Part shown: one piece after another, positions 40,184 through 52,137 of the stretch
Layout of the letters: each line of letters starts with the position of its first letter
Position numbering within the stretch: the stretch's first letter is position 1
Assembly (NCBI GenBank): GCA_003510435.1
Contig: DOMK01000010.1
Coordinates: 41,487-105,486, forward strand
DNA from: Candidatus Magasanikiibacteriota bacterium
GTDB taxonomy: Bacteria > Patescibacteriota > Patescibacteriia > Magasanikbacterales > UBA922
Direction: 5' to 3'
DNA length: 64,000 nt
Made by a program: the position numbers and the translations under genes
Notes under the pieces: model-generated
What the model saw: the letters and a program-made list of their open reading frames with translations, nothing else
Told to the model about the DNA's origin: nothing
The model's database searches: none

Positions 40184-40966
40184 TCAAGTAATTGCAGTGG
40201 ATAAAACAGGGTCATATAATTTTGCTTGTCTCCATAATAATTCAAAATGTTCTAAATATCCTTTGGCAATGGCTTTATTTTGTATTTGAATGATGGTTAC
40301 ATCATTACTACCGGTGTATATCTCAATAGTTACCATTTCTGGAGTAATACGAGTGTAAGTAGGAGAGGATAGCCCCACTGTCATGGTTTTTAAAATATTG
40401 CCTTTTTCTTTAGCAAATTTATTTTTAAATTCTTCTGAATAATCAGCCGGTGAAATTAAATATTTAGATACCCGATTATCTTCTAAATACTTTACGTAGT
40501 TTTTATAAAGATTACCAATTACTCGATAAAAATCTATATCTTTGGCACCGCCAATAATACGCATAATGCCATCAGTTTTGGAAGCTGAACTAACCACATC
40601 TTTTAAATTATCAAAAAATCCTTTTTGTCCGTAAAAAGTTTTTACTTCAATTTTATCTATCGCTTCAATTTGTAATTTGACTAAATTTGGCAAAATTTTT
40701 CTAATTTGAGCCTCTTTATCTTCCAAAGTTTTTAGTAAAATTGAAGGTGAAGCTGCTTGAAAATATTTGCGATTGTTTTTGATTACATAAGAAACTAGAT
40801 TTTTATCTTCTAGCCTTTCTAGAGCTTCATAAACCAGCTGGCGATGAAGTTTAGTATTGGTAACAATTGGGCCCACATTTGTTGAGCCTAATTTAAGAAG
40901 TTCCAAGTATGTTTTAGCTTCGTTGGTATTTAATCCTATTTTCTCGAGGGTAGAAAGTATTTCCAT
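40184..40966 (-). CDS. TrmB-family transcriptional regulator
   Basis: N-terminal wHTH LSTLEKIGLNTNEAKTYLELLKLG. Confidence 0.6.
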   Translation of the reverse strand: MEILSTLEKIGLNTNEAKTYLELLKLGSTNVGPIVTNTKLHRQLVYEALERLEDKNLVSYVIKNNRKYFQAASPSILLKTLEDKEAQIRKILPNLVKLQIEAIDKIEVKTFYGQKGFFDNLKDVVSSASKTDGIMRIIGGAKDIDFYRVIGNLYKNYVKYLEDNRVSKYLISPADYSEEFKNKFAKEKGNILKTMTVGLSSPTYTRITPEMVTIEIYTGSNDVTIIQIQNKAIAKGYLEHFELLWRQAKLYDPVLSTAIT

Positions 40967-41042
40967 ATGTTCCTATTATAGCATAAAAGTTATATTTTGT
41001 CAAGATTTGATGACAATAATATTTTTCTGTCATCAAAAAAAC

Positions 41043-41071
41043 TTGACAATATTATAAATTTATGATATAGT
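41043..41071 (+). promoter_or_regulatory. sigma70-like promoter of the higher-GC methyltransferase gene
   Basis: TTGACA-N17-TATAGT; overlapped by a nested palindrome. Confidence 0.55.
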
Positions 41072-41154
41072 CATTTATTACACTAAGGATGAACAAGTTC
41101 ATCTAAAGTGTATAGGTGTTGCTGTTTACAATTCACAAAGAGAAGGAGAAGAAG

Positions 41155-41955
41155 ATGCTAGAGTCTACTCAGAGAACCTATTCGTGTATGAGGAGAGAAA
41201 TTATTCGCAACCCTAGTTTGATTTATTGGGCCTTGCAAATGATTTTGCAAGAACTCGAGTTGTCCTGGGAAGACAGAGTATTTGTCCATCAAGAATTTTT
41301 GAATATCCTGCAGCGTGAGGTGCTGGAGGAAAAGGCGGCGCGAGAAGTCTGGGACATTGTTTGTCCACACCAGGCAGTTTTGAAGGAAAAACTGCAGAAG
41401 AGAGCCTTGCTGATTTATTCCCAAGTAGAGTACTATCTCAGGAAGGGAAAAATTCTTGACTTTGGTTGTGGCGATGGACGCGTTGGTCAGCTAGTGGCTG
41501 ACAACACGGCTCAACAAGTCTGCTTGTATGATGTGGCAGACTACAGGAGAAGTTCTGTGCGTGATGCAAACCTGCCTTTCTTCTCAGATTGGCAAGAGGT
41601 TGGAGCCCAGCAGTTTGACACTGTCATGTCACTGTTGGTTTTCCACCATTCTGAAGACCCAGATCAGGAAGTATCCAGGTTGAGTAAGGTTTGTCAGAGA
41701 TTGGTGGTAATTGAATCGGTCATTGACGATTCAATTGTGCCCTGGTCAGCCCAAGCAACCATTGATTGGATTTATAATCGTGGTTTTCATCCTGGGGCCA
41801 TGGTTCCGGTGCCAGGGCAGTTCCGTACGTCACAAGATTGGTTAGAGACTTTCTGTCGTCATGGTTTTTCCCTAGTCGATAGTCAGGACCTTGGCATTGA
41901 TTTGCCAATTGTTCCTGAACATCATTGGCTGTTTGTTCTGGACCGTGAGGTTTAG
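41155..41955 (+). CDS. class I SAM-dependent methyltransferase (higher-GC gene)
   Basis: ILDFGCGDGRVG SAM-binding motif; GAAGGAG SD; about 47% GC versus about 30% in the flanks. Confidence 0.6.
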   Translation: MLESTQRTYSCMRREIIRNPSLIYWALQMILQELELSWEDRVFVHQEFLNILQREVLEEKAAREVWDIVCPHQAVLKEKLQKRALLIYSQVEYYLRKGKILDFGCGDGRVGQLVADNTAQQVCLYDVADYRRSSVRDANLPFFSDWQEVGAQQFDTVMSLLVFHHSEDPDQEVSRLSKVCQRLVVIESVIDDSIVPWSAQATIDWIYNRGFHPGAMVPVPGQFRTSQDWLETFCRHGFSLVDSQDLGIDLPIVPEHHWLFVLDREV

Positions 41956-42058
41956 AACAAGTCCTTTCATTTGGTTGGACAGTGGTTACAGCCACCATTG
42001 CCCAACCTCCATTCTAGTATTTTTAATTAAATTAAAAACAGTAGTGAGGAAAATTAAA

Positions 42059-42088
42059 ATATCCCGATTTTATCGGGATATTTTTTTG
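42059..42088. terminator. bidirectional terminator between methyltransferase and gyrB
   Basis: Perfect ATATCCCGAT-ttt-ATCGGGATAT hairpin with A-run/T-run. Confidence 0.8.
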
Positions 42089-42118
42089 TATCGTGTTGTG
42101 TGTATTTTGTATCTTATT

Positions 42119-44368
<2,250 letters not shown>

Positions 44369-44541
44369 TTAAATCATAAATTAAAAATCATAAATCCTAA
44401 ATAAATTAAGATTTATTGTTTTCTAGTTTAATTATGGCAATATTATAGCACGATTTATTATATTCTTACAAGGGTAAAAGATGTGGATAAAATTTGGCTA
44501 AAATAAGCGAAATAATAAAGATTAATAAAAGTGGAAAATTC

Positions 44542-44570
44542 TTGACAAAAGCATTTTTTTGTGGTATAAT
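44542..44570 (+). promoter_or_regulatory. sigma70 promoter of GC-island gene b
   Basis: TTGACA-N17-TATAAT with TGN extended -10. Confidence 0.6.
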
Positions 44571-44636
44571 ACTCGGTCCTGAAAATGGGCAATTGTTACA
44601 GAATGGAACGAACCTTACAACTCATTGGAGGGCGCT

Positions 44637-46187
44637 ATGAACTGGTTGAAGAAAGAGATCAACCGTATGGTGAGCGAAGGCGGCTGGAGCATTGGCGCTC
44701 TGGTAGTCGCTCTGGTGGCGTTCGCTGCCACCGTATTGTGCACCTCGCTCGTGGCAGGTGTGCAGATCGCTCGGGCCGTAGCCTATCTTGGCGGGCCCTT
44801 GCTCGTTCTCGCCTTTATGGCGGTGTACGTTGCCTTTAGGAAACTGCCTTGGAAAAAGGCTGTTCTCCTGCTGGTGTTGTACATCGCCGGACCTGTCGGC
44901 ACTCTGCTCGTGGCAGGTGCTGAGTTGGCAGAGATTGTGTCTCTGCTGACCCTGGGCACGGTCGTCGTCGTGGGGATCTTCCTCATGAGGAAACAACATC
45001 CTGTGATCGCCAAGGTCGTACTGTTTGGAACGGCGTGGGCGGTTGTAATGTGGAACGTCCCGCCGGAATATGAGGGCTGGGCTTGGTGGGTCACTCAGAT
45101 CCTCCTGGTCATCGTGGCTCACGGGTTGGCTCGGGCTTTCCTGTTGCCCTGGCTGGTCAAGTGGATTGAGATGGGTATCACCTGGTTCTTCGGAACCGAC
45201 AAGATGCTCAAGACTCGTCCGTATCTTCGGACGGTCCTCGATCTGATCCTACTCGCGATTGCTATCCTGTTTCTCAGCTGGGTCGTAGGGGGACGATTCC
45301 CCCAGGTCGCGACATGGATTGCTCGGGCTGCTCTAATTACCCTGGCCTATCCCATTAGGCTGGCATATAAGTGGGAGCCGGCGATCACTCGGCTCGTGGC
45401 TGGGTTTGCTGCCATCCTGGTCGCTACGTCGTATCTCGTGGACGACTCGTGGGCCACGAACCCAGTTGAGTCTTTGGTCATGGCCTTTGCGCTTTTCCTG
45501 TTCTGGTTGGAAGTGGTAAAACCGCGCCTCAAGGTGTGGGAGTACTACTCCCGGAACAACTGGGAGAAGCCTCTCTTGGTGGCTGGGATTATCATGGTGG
45601 TCGGCTGTGGAGTCAACTACATGGTAATTCATCTCTGGAACAACATGTGGTTCACCCAGGAGAATGGGTGGAGAATCCCAGAGTTGTTCTGGAAGGCCCC
45701 CGAGGTCGTAGAGATGATAGGGGAAAAGAAAGTGATGATCGTCCCGATGGGTTGGCTTAGAGCCACGCGGGTCGTCCCTATGCTCATCCTTGGCCTGGCT
45801 GTGGGTCTGGCCAACCACGGCAAACTTCCAAAGTACAAGAAAGAAGAGCGCACTGGCCTCGCGTTCTTCATCGGTCTTGGTTTGGGGGTGGCGTTCTTGC
45901 TACTCTTGAAGACCGAGATTCAACTCTCCGTTCTCCTTGGAGCGGGGTTGTTCATAGGTTTCGGCTTAGCTCTCATCGTGGGGCCGTGGCGGTGGCTCGT
46001 CTGCGTGGCCTGTTCTTGGGCCATGACAGTGGGGATGCTTTCGTCCCCGGCCTATGCCGTTCGCGCTTTGCTGTGGGCTCTGCTAACGGCTGGCATGTCG
46101 GCCTGGGCTGCCGCTTTTGTTCGGCTGATCTGGGAGAAATCCTGGGAAATGGCCGGCAAAACCAAGGCTAAGAAAAAAGGCCACTAA
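44637..46187 (+). CDS. polytopic membrane protein (~14 TM) in GC-rich island
   Basis: High GC3 codon usage; GGAGGG SD 4 nt before ATG; Trp/Leu-rich TM helices; no family recognised. Confidence 0.55.
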   Translation: MNWLKKEINRMVSEGGWSIGALVVALVAFAATVLCTSLVAGVQIARAVAYLGGPLLVLAFMAVYVAFRKLPWKKAVLLLVLYIAGPVGTLLVAGAELAEIVSLLTLGTVVVVGIFLMRKQHPVIAKVVLFGTAWAVVMWNVPPEYEGWAWWVTQILLVIVAHGLARAFLLPWLVKWIEMGITWFFGTDKMLKTRPYLRTVLDLILLAIAILFLSWVVGGRFPQVATWIARAALITLAYPIRLAYKWEPAITRLVAGFAAILVATSYLVDDSWATNPVESLVMAFALFLFWLEVVKPRLKVWEYYSRNNWEKPLLVAGIIMVVGCGVNYMVIHLWNNMWFTQENGWRIPELFWKAPEVVEMIGEKKVMIVPMGWLRATRVVPMLILGLAVGLANHGKLPKYKKEERTGLAFFIGLGLGVAFLLLLKTEIQLSVLLGAGLFIGFGLALIVGPWRWLVCVACSWAMTVGMLSSPAYAVRALLWALLTAGMSAWAAAFVRLIWEKSWEMAGKTKAKKKGH

Positions 46188-46444
46188 CCCGCTAGCCAGT
46201 CGGTAAACACTGGTCGGGTCTATGATTGGACCCTTTCGTCTCCAACCGGGAGGCGAGAAAAGAGCGCAAGCTCAGATTGATTTCGTTCCAGACAGTCAAA
46301 TGTCTGATGGACGATGAAGAAATGGCAGGCCGTTGGCTCGAAACCCAACGTACCTGCCCTCCGTTTACTTACTAAATATTATTTTGGTGGGTGAACAGAG
46401 AATATAACACGATACAAAATACACATAGCAAAATACAAGAACTT

Positions 46445-46476
46445 CACCTCTACCTGTGCAAGGTGGAGGTTTTTTA
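46445..46476 (+). terminator. rho-independent terminator after island b
   Basis: CACCTCTACC..GGTGGAGGT hairpin followed by TTTTTT. Confidence 0.6.
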
Positions 46477-46583
46477 TTTATCTTTCTGTAAGCGCGCCCT
46501 AGTGATTGTGGTGATTGATTAATTATTTTTTAATTTTGTGGTATAATAATATAAAGTATTTTTGATTAAATTATTTTGGATTT

Positions 46584-47489
46584 ATGTTTAGTAAAAGTGA
46601 AGAAGAAAAACAATTGAAACGTTATGAAGACCCAACTGGGCAATTTAGTAATCAGCAATTAAAATTGGCTGATTGGTATGTAAAACATAAAATATTGCTG
46701 AAAAAAATTGGCCTAGGTATTATTGCTGGTTGGTGTGTAATTTCAGTTGGTTATAGTTTAATTTATTTTGCTTATTATTTGGTTTTTGGTTATAATCAGG
46801 ATCAAAAGATGTATGCACGTCAAACAGTGGAATTTGAAAATTATGAAGCATTGCAACCTCTTTATAAACCACAAGAATTGGAAATAAAAGATGTGCGAAT
46901 TTTTAAAAGTGCCGAAAAGAAATATGATTTTGTCGCGCAGGTATTTAATCCCAATGAAAGATGGGTAGGAGAATTAAGTTATTATTTTTTTTATAAAGGT
47001 GGACAGACAGAAACCATGACCACAGTTTTGCTGCCGGGTGAACAAAGACCAGTAATTTATTTTGGAGAAGAATTAGAATATAACCCAGGTGAAACAGAAA
47101 TGGTTTTGGAAAATTTAAGTTGGCATCACATTAGTCCACATGCCATAGTTAATGTAGAGGATTTTGTGACAGCGAGAAAGAAATTTAATATTAGTGATTT
47201 TAAATTTACCAAAGCCAATAAGGTGGATGGTGCTTTATCCAATATAATTGAATTTGATTTGTATAATGAAAGTGCTTATAGTTTTTGGCAACCAGAGTTT
47301 TATATTGAATTGTATGATGGTAGAGCAGTGGGGTATTTGTATGTCGTAGAACAAAAATTTAAAAATGGAGAGAAACGTCATATGGAATTGAGATTTTTGC
47401 CAGATAATATTGATGTGAAAGATATAAAAGTTTATCCAGTGATTGATGTATTCAACTATGCTTTGTTTATGAAACCAGGAGAAGAATAA
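46584..47489 (+). CDS. hypothetical membrane-anchored protein
   Basis: 301 aa, N-terminal TM helix. Confidence 0.45.
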   Translation: MFSKSEEEKQLKRYEDPTGQFSNQQLKLADWYVKHKILLKKIGLGIIAGWCVISVGYSLIYFAYYLVFGYNQDQKMYARQTVEFENYEALQPLYKPQELEIKDVRIFKSAEKKYDFVAQVFNPNERWVGELSYYFFYKGGQTETMTTVLLPGEQRPVIYFGEELEYNPGETEMVLENLSWHHISPHAIVNVEDFVTARKKFNISDFKFTKANKVDGALSNIIEFDLYNESAYSFWQPEFYIELYDGRAVGYLYVVEQKFKNGEKRHMELRFLPDNIDVKDIKVYPVIDVFNYALFMKPGEE

Positions 47490-47626
47490 GAGACAAAATA
47501 TAATTTTTAAAAACCGCCTTTAAAAGGTGGTTTTTTATTTAAAGATAATGTTTTGGTTGTTTTTTTATGTTTTAGAAAAAGTTTGCTTTTTGCAATTAAA
47601 ATGGTAAACTAAGGTAAAGATTTTTT

Positions 47627-48721
47627 ATGAGTTTGTTAAGTTTAAATTTTCAAGGTTTTAAAAAAATTGACTGGTTCTTGGTTGTAATTGTTTTTGTTTT
47701 GGTGGCTTTTGGTTTGGCAGCGATTTATAGTGTAGATTTGTCACGCGGTGAAGATTTAAATTATTTTCCTACCCAAGTCATAGCTTTGATAATTGGTTTT
47801 GGCTTGATGTTATCAGCTTGTTTTTTGCATATAAGTTTTTATCGGGTTTCGGCTCGGGCGATTTATATTTTGGCATTAATATTATTAATTTTAGTTTTGT
47901 TTTTTGGTATTAGTGTTCGAGGAACGACGGGTTGGTTTAGATTAGTTGGTTTTTCTTTTCAACCGGCTGAATTTGCCAAAGTTGGTTTGGTATTATTATT
48001 AGCTTGGATAATCAGTCGTTATGGACGGAGATTTGATAAATGGAAATTTGTATTTGTGACTGGGGGAATTACGATGTTATTAGCTGGTATTATTATTTTG
48101 CAACCAGACCTGGGTTCAGCCTTGGTTTTGCTTGGGGTGTGGTTTGGAATGATGTTTTTGACTGGGACAAAAAAAAGATATATCGCTGGCTTAATAATAA
48201 TTTTTATAACAGTATTTTTAGTATCATGGTTGTTTATTTTTAAAGATTATCAAAAAGATAGAATTTTTACTTTTATTGATCCCGGTCGAGATCCTCTGGG
48301 AGCAGGATATAATGTGACCCAATCAATAATTGCTATTGGGTCGGGTGGATTTTTTGGTCGAGGTTTGGGATTTGGTTCTCAGAGTCAATTACATTTTTTA
48401 CCTGAGGCACAAACTGACTTTATTTTTTCTGTGATATGTGAAGAACTGGGTTTTGTGGGAGTGTTTATTTTGATAGTGGTATATTTTTTGTTGTTGTGGC
48501 GATTATTACAAATAACCAAAAAATCCAATGATGATTTTTCGGTTTATCTGATTTTGGGTATTTTGCTGTTGTTTTTTGTGCAAATGATCGTAAATATAGG
48601 TGGAGCAGTAGGGTTTTTGCCAGTTACTGGTGTTACTTTGCCCTTTGTTAGTTATGGTGGTTCATCTCTAATAATCAATTTTTTACTTATTGGTATGGCT
48701 TTGTCAGCGGCTAGGAGTTAA
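47627..48721 (+). CDS. SEDS family peptidoglycan polymerase (RodA/FtsW)
   Basis: 10-TM SEDS architecture; conserved FQPAEFAK and PVTGVTLPFVSYGGSS. Confidence 0.85.
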   Translation: MSLLSLNFQGFKKIDWFLVVIVFVLVAFGLAAIYSVDLSRGEDLNYFPTQVIALIIGFGLMLSACFLHISFYRVSARAIYILALILLILVLFFGISVRGTTGWFRLVGFSFQPAEFAKVGLVLLLAWIISRYGRRFDKWKFVFVTGGITMLLAGIIILQPDLGSALVLLGVWFGMMFLTGTKKRYIAGLIIIFITVFLVSWLFIFKDYQKDRIFTFIDPGRDPLGAGYNVTQSIIAIGSGGFFGRGLGFGSQSQLHFLPEAQTDFIFSVICEELGFVGVFILIVVYFLLLWRLLQITKKSNDDFSVYLILGILLLFFVQMIVNIGGAVGFLPVTGVTLPFVSYGGSSLIINFLLIGMALSAARS

Positions 48722-48771
48722 TTTGATAAAATGGTAGGCACAAATACTTGACATTGCGGTTTCATAATACC

Positions 48772-48800
48772 TTGACAAAAAATTTTAATAATGGTATATT
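48772..48800 (+). promoter_or_regulatory. sigma70-like promoter
   Basis: TTGACA-N17-TATATT with TGG upstream. Confidence 0.5.
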
Positions 48801-48809
48801 GTTGTCCAC

Positions 48810-49151
48810 TTGAATATGAATAATAATCAATCAAAAAATAACCCTATTCAAGAGCAGATTAAGCTTTTACAGCAGTGCCCAATTTGTAAAGGGCAGTATG
48901 ATGCTAAACAAGCAAAAGTAGTAGAAGAAAGAGGAGAAGCTAATCTAATACACATTACCTGTCCGCATTGTTCCAACTCGATTTTGGCAGTGGTCGTGAT
49001 TAGCCAGATTGGTATGAGCTCGGTGGGAATGATGACAGACTTGGGTGAAAATGATGTAAAAAGACTGCGAAACAAAAATTCAATTTCTGAAGATGAATTA
49101 TTGGATTTTCATAGTTTGCTCCAATCAAATCAATTAAATTTTTCAAAATAA
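48810..49151 (+). CDS. small zinc-ribbon protein
   Basis: CPICKG...CPHCSN. Confidence 0.45.
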   Translation: MNMNNNQSKNNPIQEQIKLLQQCPICKGQYDAKQAKVVEERGEANLIHITCPHCSNSILAVVVISQIGMSSVGMMTDLGENDVKRLRNKNSISEDELLDFHSLLQSNQLNFSK

Positions 49152-49188
49152 TCTTTAATTTAAACATTTTTTATAACATATTAAAAAT

Positions 49189-49875
49189 ATGACATTAATT
49201 TTATCGGCAAAGAAGCGCGAATCAGAAAAAGCTGATAGCGTAAGAGAACAAGGTTTAATTCCTGGTGTAGTATATGGACCAGAAATTGAACCAGTGTCTG
49301 TGGCTTTTCAATACAATGTTTTTGAAAAGTTGTACAAAGAAGCAGGTGAATCAACTCTGATTGATTTTTCTGTGGAAGGGGCAAAAGAACCGACAAAAGT
49401 TTTGATCCAAGCTGTACAATATGATCCAGTTTCTAGACGAGTGACTCATGTTGATTTACGTCAAATTAGAATGAATGAAGAAATGCATGCTACAGTAGAA
49501 TTGCATTTTGTTGGTGAAGCTCCAGCTGTTAAATCTTTGGGTGGTACTTTGGTCAAGGCTCACAATCATTTGAATATAAAATGTTTACCAAAAGATTCAG
49601 TTTCTTTTATCGAAGTTAGTTTGTCAGGACTAGAAACTTTTGAAAATATGATCCATGTAAAAGATTTACAAATGCCAGCTGGCGTGATTTCCACTGATTC
49701 TCCAGATATGGTGATTGTGAAAGTAAGTGCTCCTCTAACTGAAGAACAGTTGAAAGCGATGGAAGATCAAGGACCTAAGGGTGTTGAAGAAGTTAAGGTG
49801 GAAGAGAAAGCCAAAGAAGGTGAAGCAGAAAAAGGTGTAGCTGATGATGCTAAAGCAAAAGATGCAAAGAAATAA
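49189..49875 (+). CDS. rplY: 50S ribosomal protein L25/general stress protein Ctc
   Basis: L25 N-terminal barrel plus charged C-terminal tail. Confidence 0.8.
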   Translation: MTLILSAKKRESEKADSVREQGLIPGVVYGPEIEPVSVAFQYNVFEKLYKEAGESTLIDFSVEGAKEPTKVLIQAVQYDPVSRRVTHVDLRQIRMNEEMHATVELHFVGEAPAVKSLGGTLVKAHNHLNIKCLPKDSVSFIEVSLSGLETFENMIHVKDLQMPAGVISTDSPDMVIVKVSAPLTEEQLKAMEDQGPKGVEEVKVEEKAKEGEAEKGVADDAKAKDAKK

Positions 49876-49917
49876 TATAAAGGAATAATGTAAAGGAATA
49901 AGGAGTAAGGAATAATA

Positions 49918-49947
49918 AACCCCGCATTATCGTAATGTGGGGTTTTG
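49918..49947 (+). terminator. rho-independent terminator after rplY
   Basis: CCCCGCATTA-tcg-TAATGTGGGG followed by TTTT. Confidence 0.7.
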
Positions 49948-50230
49948 ATTTAAGATTTCTTTTTTTACAAATTTATTTTTAATAAACACAAAATTTTTCA
50001 AATTAACATTGTGATTGTTTTTACTTTTTGTAACCCGCCTGCCATGCCTGGCACTGGCGGGCAGGCCAAAAAGTAACAAAAAGTTCCGGGGGCGAAAAAC
50101 TCGTGTTTAATCCATAGATGTAAAATTAGGTTAGACAGCGAAGTACACTCAAACAGTTTCGCCCCCGGACCCCCCCATGATGTGTTTGTGTCATTTTTAA
50201 CAAGTAATTATTTTTGATTTAAAACATTTT

Positions 50231-51379
50231 TTGGTGTATTATATGGCTATGAAAATTAATTTTAAAAATTTTATAAATAAAATTAAACCAGGTGAGCCAG
50301 GGTTTGTTTATGCTTTGGCTAGTTTGGTATTTGTGGTTGGTTTGTCTTTAATAATTTTTTTTGGTTATCAATATTTTTCTCATAAAAATTTTGGTACAGC
50401 GATTATTAATCTAGATAATCAAACCACTACTTCTACTCCGGCCAATTGTAATTATAGAAGAATTCTGGATGGGGTGTGTGTGGCCATGCAAACTGATATT
50501 AATCCAAAATTAGTCGCGGTAATGATAGAAAATCATTCGGAAGCTCGACCTCAGTCTGGTTTGGTGGATGCGAGTATTGTTTATGAAGCGCCAGTCGAAG
50601 CTAACTATACTAGATTTTTGGCAATTTATCCGGCAGACATGATCGTGAAAAAGATTGGACCAGTCCGCAGTGCTCGGCCATATTATCTAGATTGGCTAGG
50701 GGAATATGGTACACCAATGTATATGCATGTAGGTGGTTCGCCAGAGGCTTTGGATATTATAAAAGCGAGAAATATTTTTGATCTAAATGAATTTTATCGT
50801 GGGTGGTATTATTGGCGGAGTGAAGATAGAAGTGCTCCACACAATGCTTATACTTCAAATGAATTGTGGGGGAAAGCCGTTGGAGTTTATGGCGAAGAAA
50901 ATTATTTGAATGACATATATGGTGGATGGAAATTTGGGACTACAATAGAACAACAGAACAACAGAACAACACAAGATTTGGTTGAAGAAATCACAGTGTC
51001 GTTTTTGCCACCAGTGTATGAAGCAGTGTGGAAATATAGTAGTACCACTAATCAGTACGAAAGATATCAGATGAACAAACCCCATGTGGACCAAGATGGT
51101 CGGCAGATCGTGGCAGATAATGTGATTGTCCAAAAAGTTCAAGCCAAAGTGTTGGATGAAATTGGTCGGCAAGAAATTACAACTGTGGGAAAAGGTGATT
51201 TGTTAGTCTTTAAAAATGGTGAAGTAATAACTGGTTATTGGCAAAAAAATAGTTCTAGTTCACGGACAAAGTTTTTTGATAATAATGGTGAAGAAATAAA
51301 ATTAAATTCTGGGAAGATTTGGGTGGAGGTGGTGAGTCAGATGAATTCACTGTCATTCCGAACGAACGATAGTGAGTGA
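50231..51379 (+). CDS. DUF3048-like (YerB-type) membrane-anchored protein
   Basis: N-terminal TM; ARPQSGLVDASIVYEAPVEANYTRFLAIY resembles the DUF3048 core. Confidence 0.45.
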   Translation: MVYYMAMKINFKNFINKIKPGEPGFVYALASLVFVVGLSLIIFFGYQYFSHKNFGTAIINLDNQTTTSTPANCNYRRILDGVCVAMQTDINPKLVAVMIENHSEARPQSGLVDASIVYEAPVEANYTRFLAIYPADMIVKKIGPVRSARPYYLDWLGEYGTPMYMHVGGSPEALDIIKARNIFDLNEFYRGWYYWRSEDRSAPHNAYTSNELWGKAVGVYGEENYLNDIYGGWKFGTTIEQQNNRTTQDLVEEITVSFLPPVYEAVWKYSSTTNQYERYQMNKPHVDQDGRQIVADNVIVQKVQAKVLDEIGRQEITTVGKGDLLVFKNGEVITGYWQKNSSSSRTKFFDNNGEEIKLNSGKIWVEVVSQMNSLSFRTNDSE

Positions 51380-51516
51380 GGAATCCCTTGTGTTAAAATA
51401 TAATTGTTGGTTTGAACATAAATTTGGACGGAAATTTAACAAAAATAAAACGAAAATTAAATTATTATAGTAAATAGAGATAAGATTGAGATAATTGGAG
51501 ATAAAAAACAACAAAT

Positions 51517-51548
51517 AAAAATCTGCCGAAGAGGCAGATTTTTATTTT
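51517..51548. terminator. bidirectional terminator
   Basis: ATCTGCC-gaaga-GGCAGAT hairpin flanked by A-run and T-run. Confidence 0.65.
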
Positions 51549-51695
51549 CTGAATTATTATAATAATTTTATAATCATTCGGAATTTGGGCACTGAAACGC
51601 ACCCAGTGGCTTCCGGCCTTGGCCACTGGTTAAGGGTGGTTACAGCACGAACTAGAAGAAAGAGCGCGGGGATGGAACGGGGAGGAAGTAGCCAC

Positions 51696-52079
51696 CTAGC
51701 CGAGCAGGAGCTGCGTGAGCGCCTCGATCATGGGGATAGGCTTCTCCATGGAGTAGCCCTTCTCCCGATCCCACGAGTGGAACCGATCCTCGACGGAGTG
51801 GTCCGGGCCGTTCGAGCACGGCACGAACATCCCCATCCCCACATCCTCGACCTTGAAGCCGAAGGACACGAGGAAGTCCTGGACGAGACGTCCCGTCTCG
51901 TAGTCGCCCCGGAGGAAGGGGCAACCACCAGTGATGTAGCCGAACAGCCACGCGCGACTGTCGGCCTCGCCTACGACGTCGGTCGGGGTCTCGACCAGGC
52001 TCTTGGCCCGGCCGGTCGACGTCGGCCGAATGGCCAGCGTCCCATTGTTCATGCACACGGTGAAATCGCACGGCCTCAT
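51696..52079 (-). CDS. hypothetical protein (~128 aa) in GC-rich island
   Basis: High GC3 ORF MRPCDFTVCMNNG...; AGGTGA SD 4 nt upstream; consensus promoter; no family recognised. Confidence 0.5.
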   Translation of the reverse strand: MRPCDFTVCMNNGTLAIRPTSTGRAKSLVETPTDVVGEADSRAWLFGYITGGCPFLRGDYETGRLVQDFLVSFGFKVEDVGMGMFVPCSNGPDHSVEDRFHSWDREKGYSMEKPIPMIEALTQLLLG

Positions 52080-52137
52080 CTGATCACCTGATGTGGTTCG
52101 ACGTCCAGTATGGTCCCCGACCATCTGGAACAATACT

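Noticed and set aside
44585-46171. ORFs 44585-44839(+), 44622-45122(-), 44783-45094(-), 45333-45818(-), 45536-45760(+), 45629-45871(-), 45986-46171(+)
   Set aside because: Overlap the 517 aa membrane-protein gene in other frames or antisense, with biased R/G/P composition. Spurious.
46188-46440. tRNA or tmRNA-like element in the GC-rich tail after island b
   Set aside because: Hairpins present, but no cloverleaf with acceptor/T-arm consensus could be drawn.
51585-52091. ORFs 51585-52091(+), 51652-52071(-), 51728-51928(-) in island c
   Set aside because: Alternative-frame artefacts of the GC-rich block. The 51696-52079 frame is the only one with SD and promoter and balanced composition.
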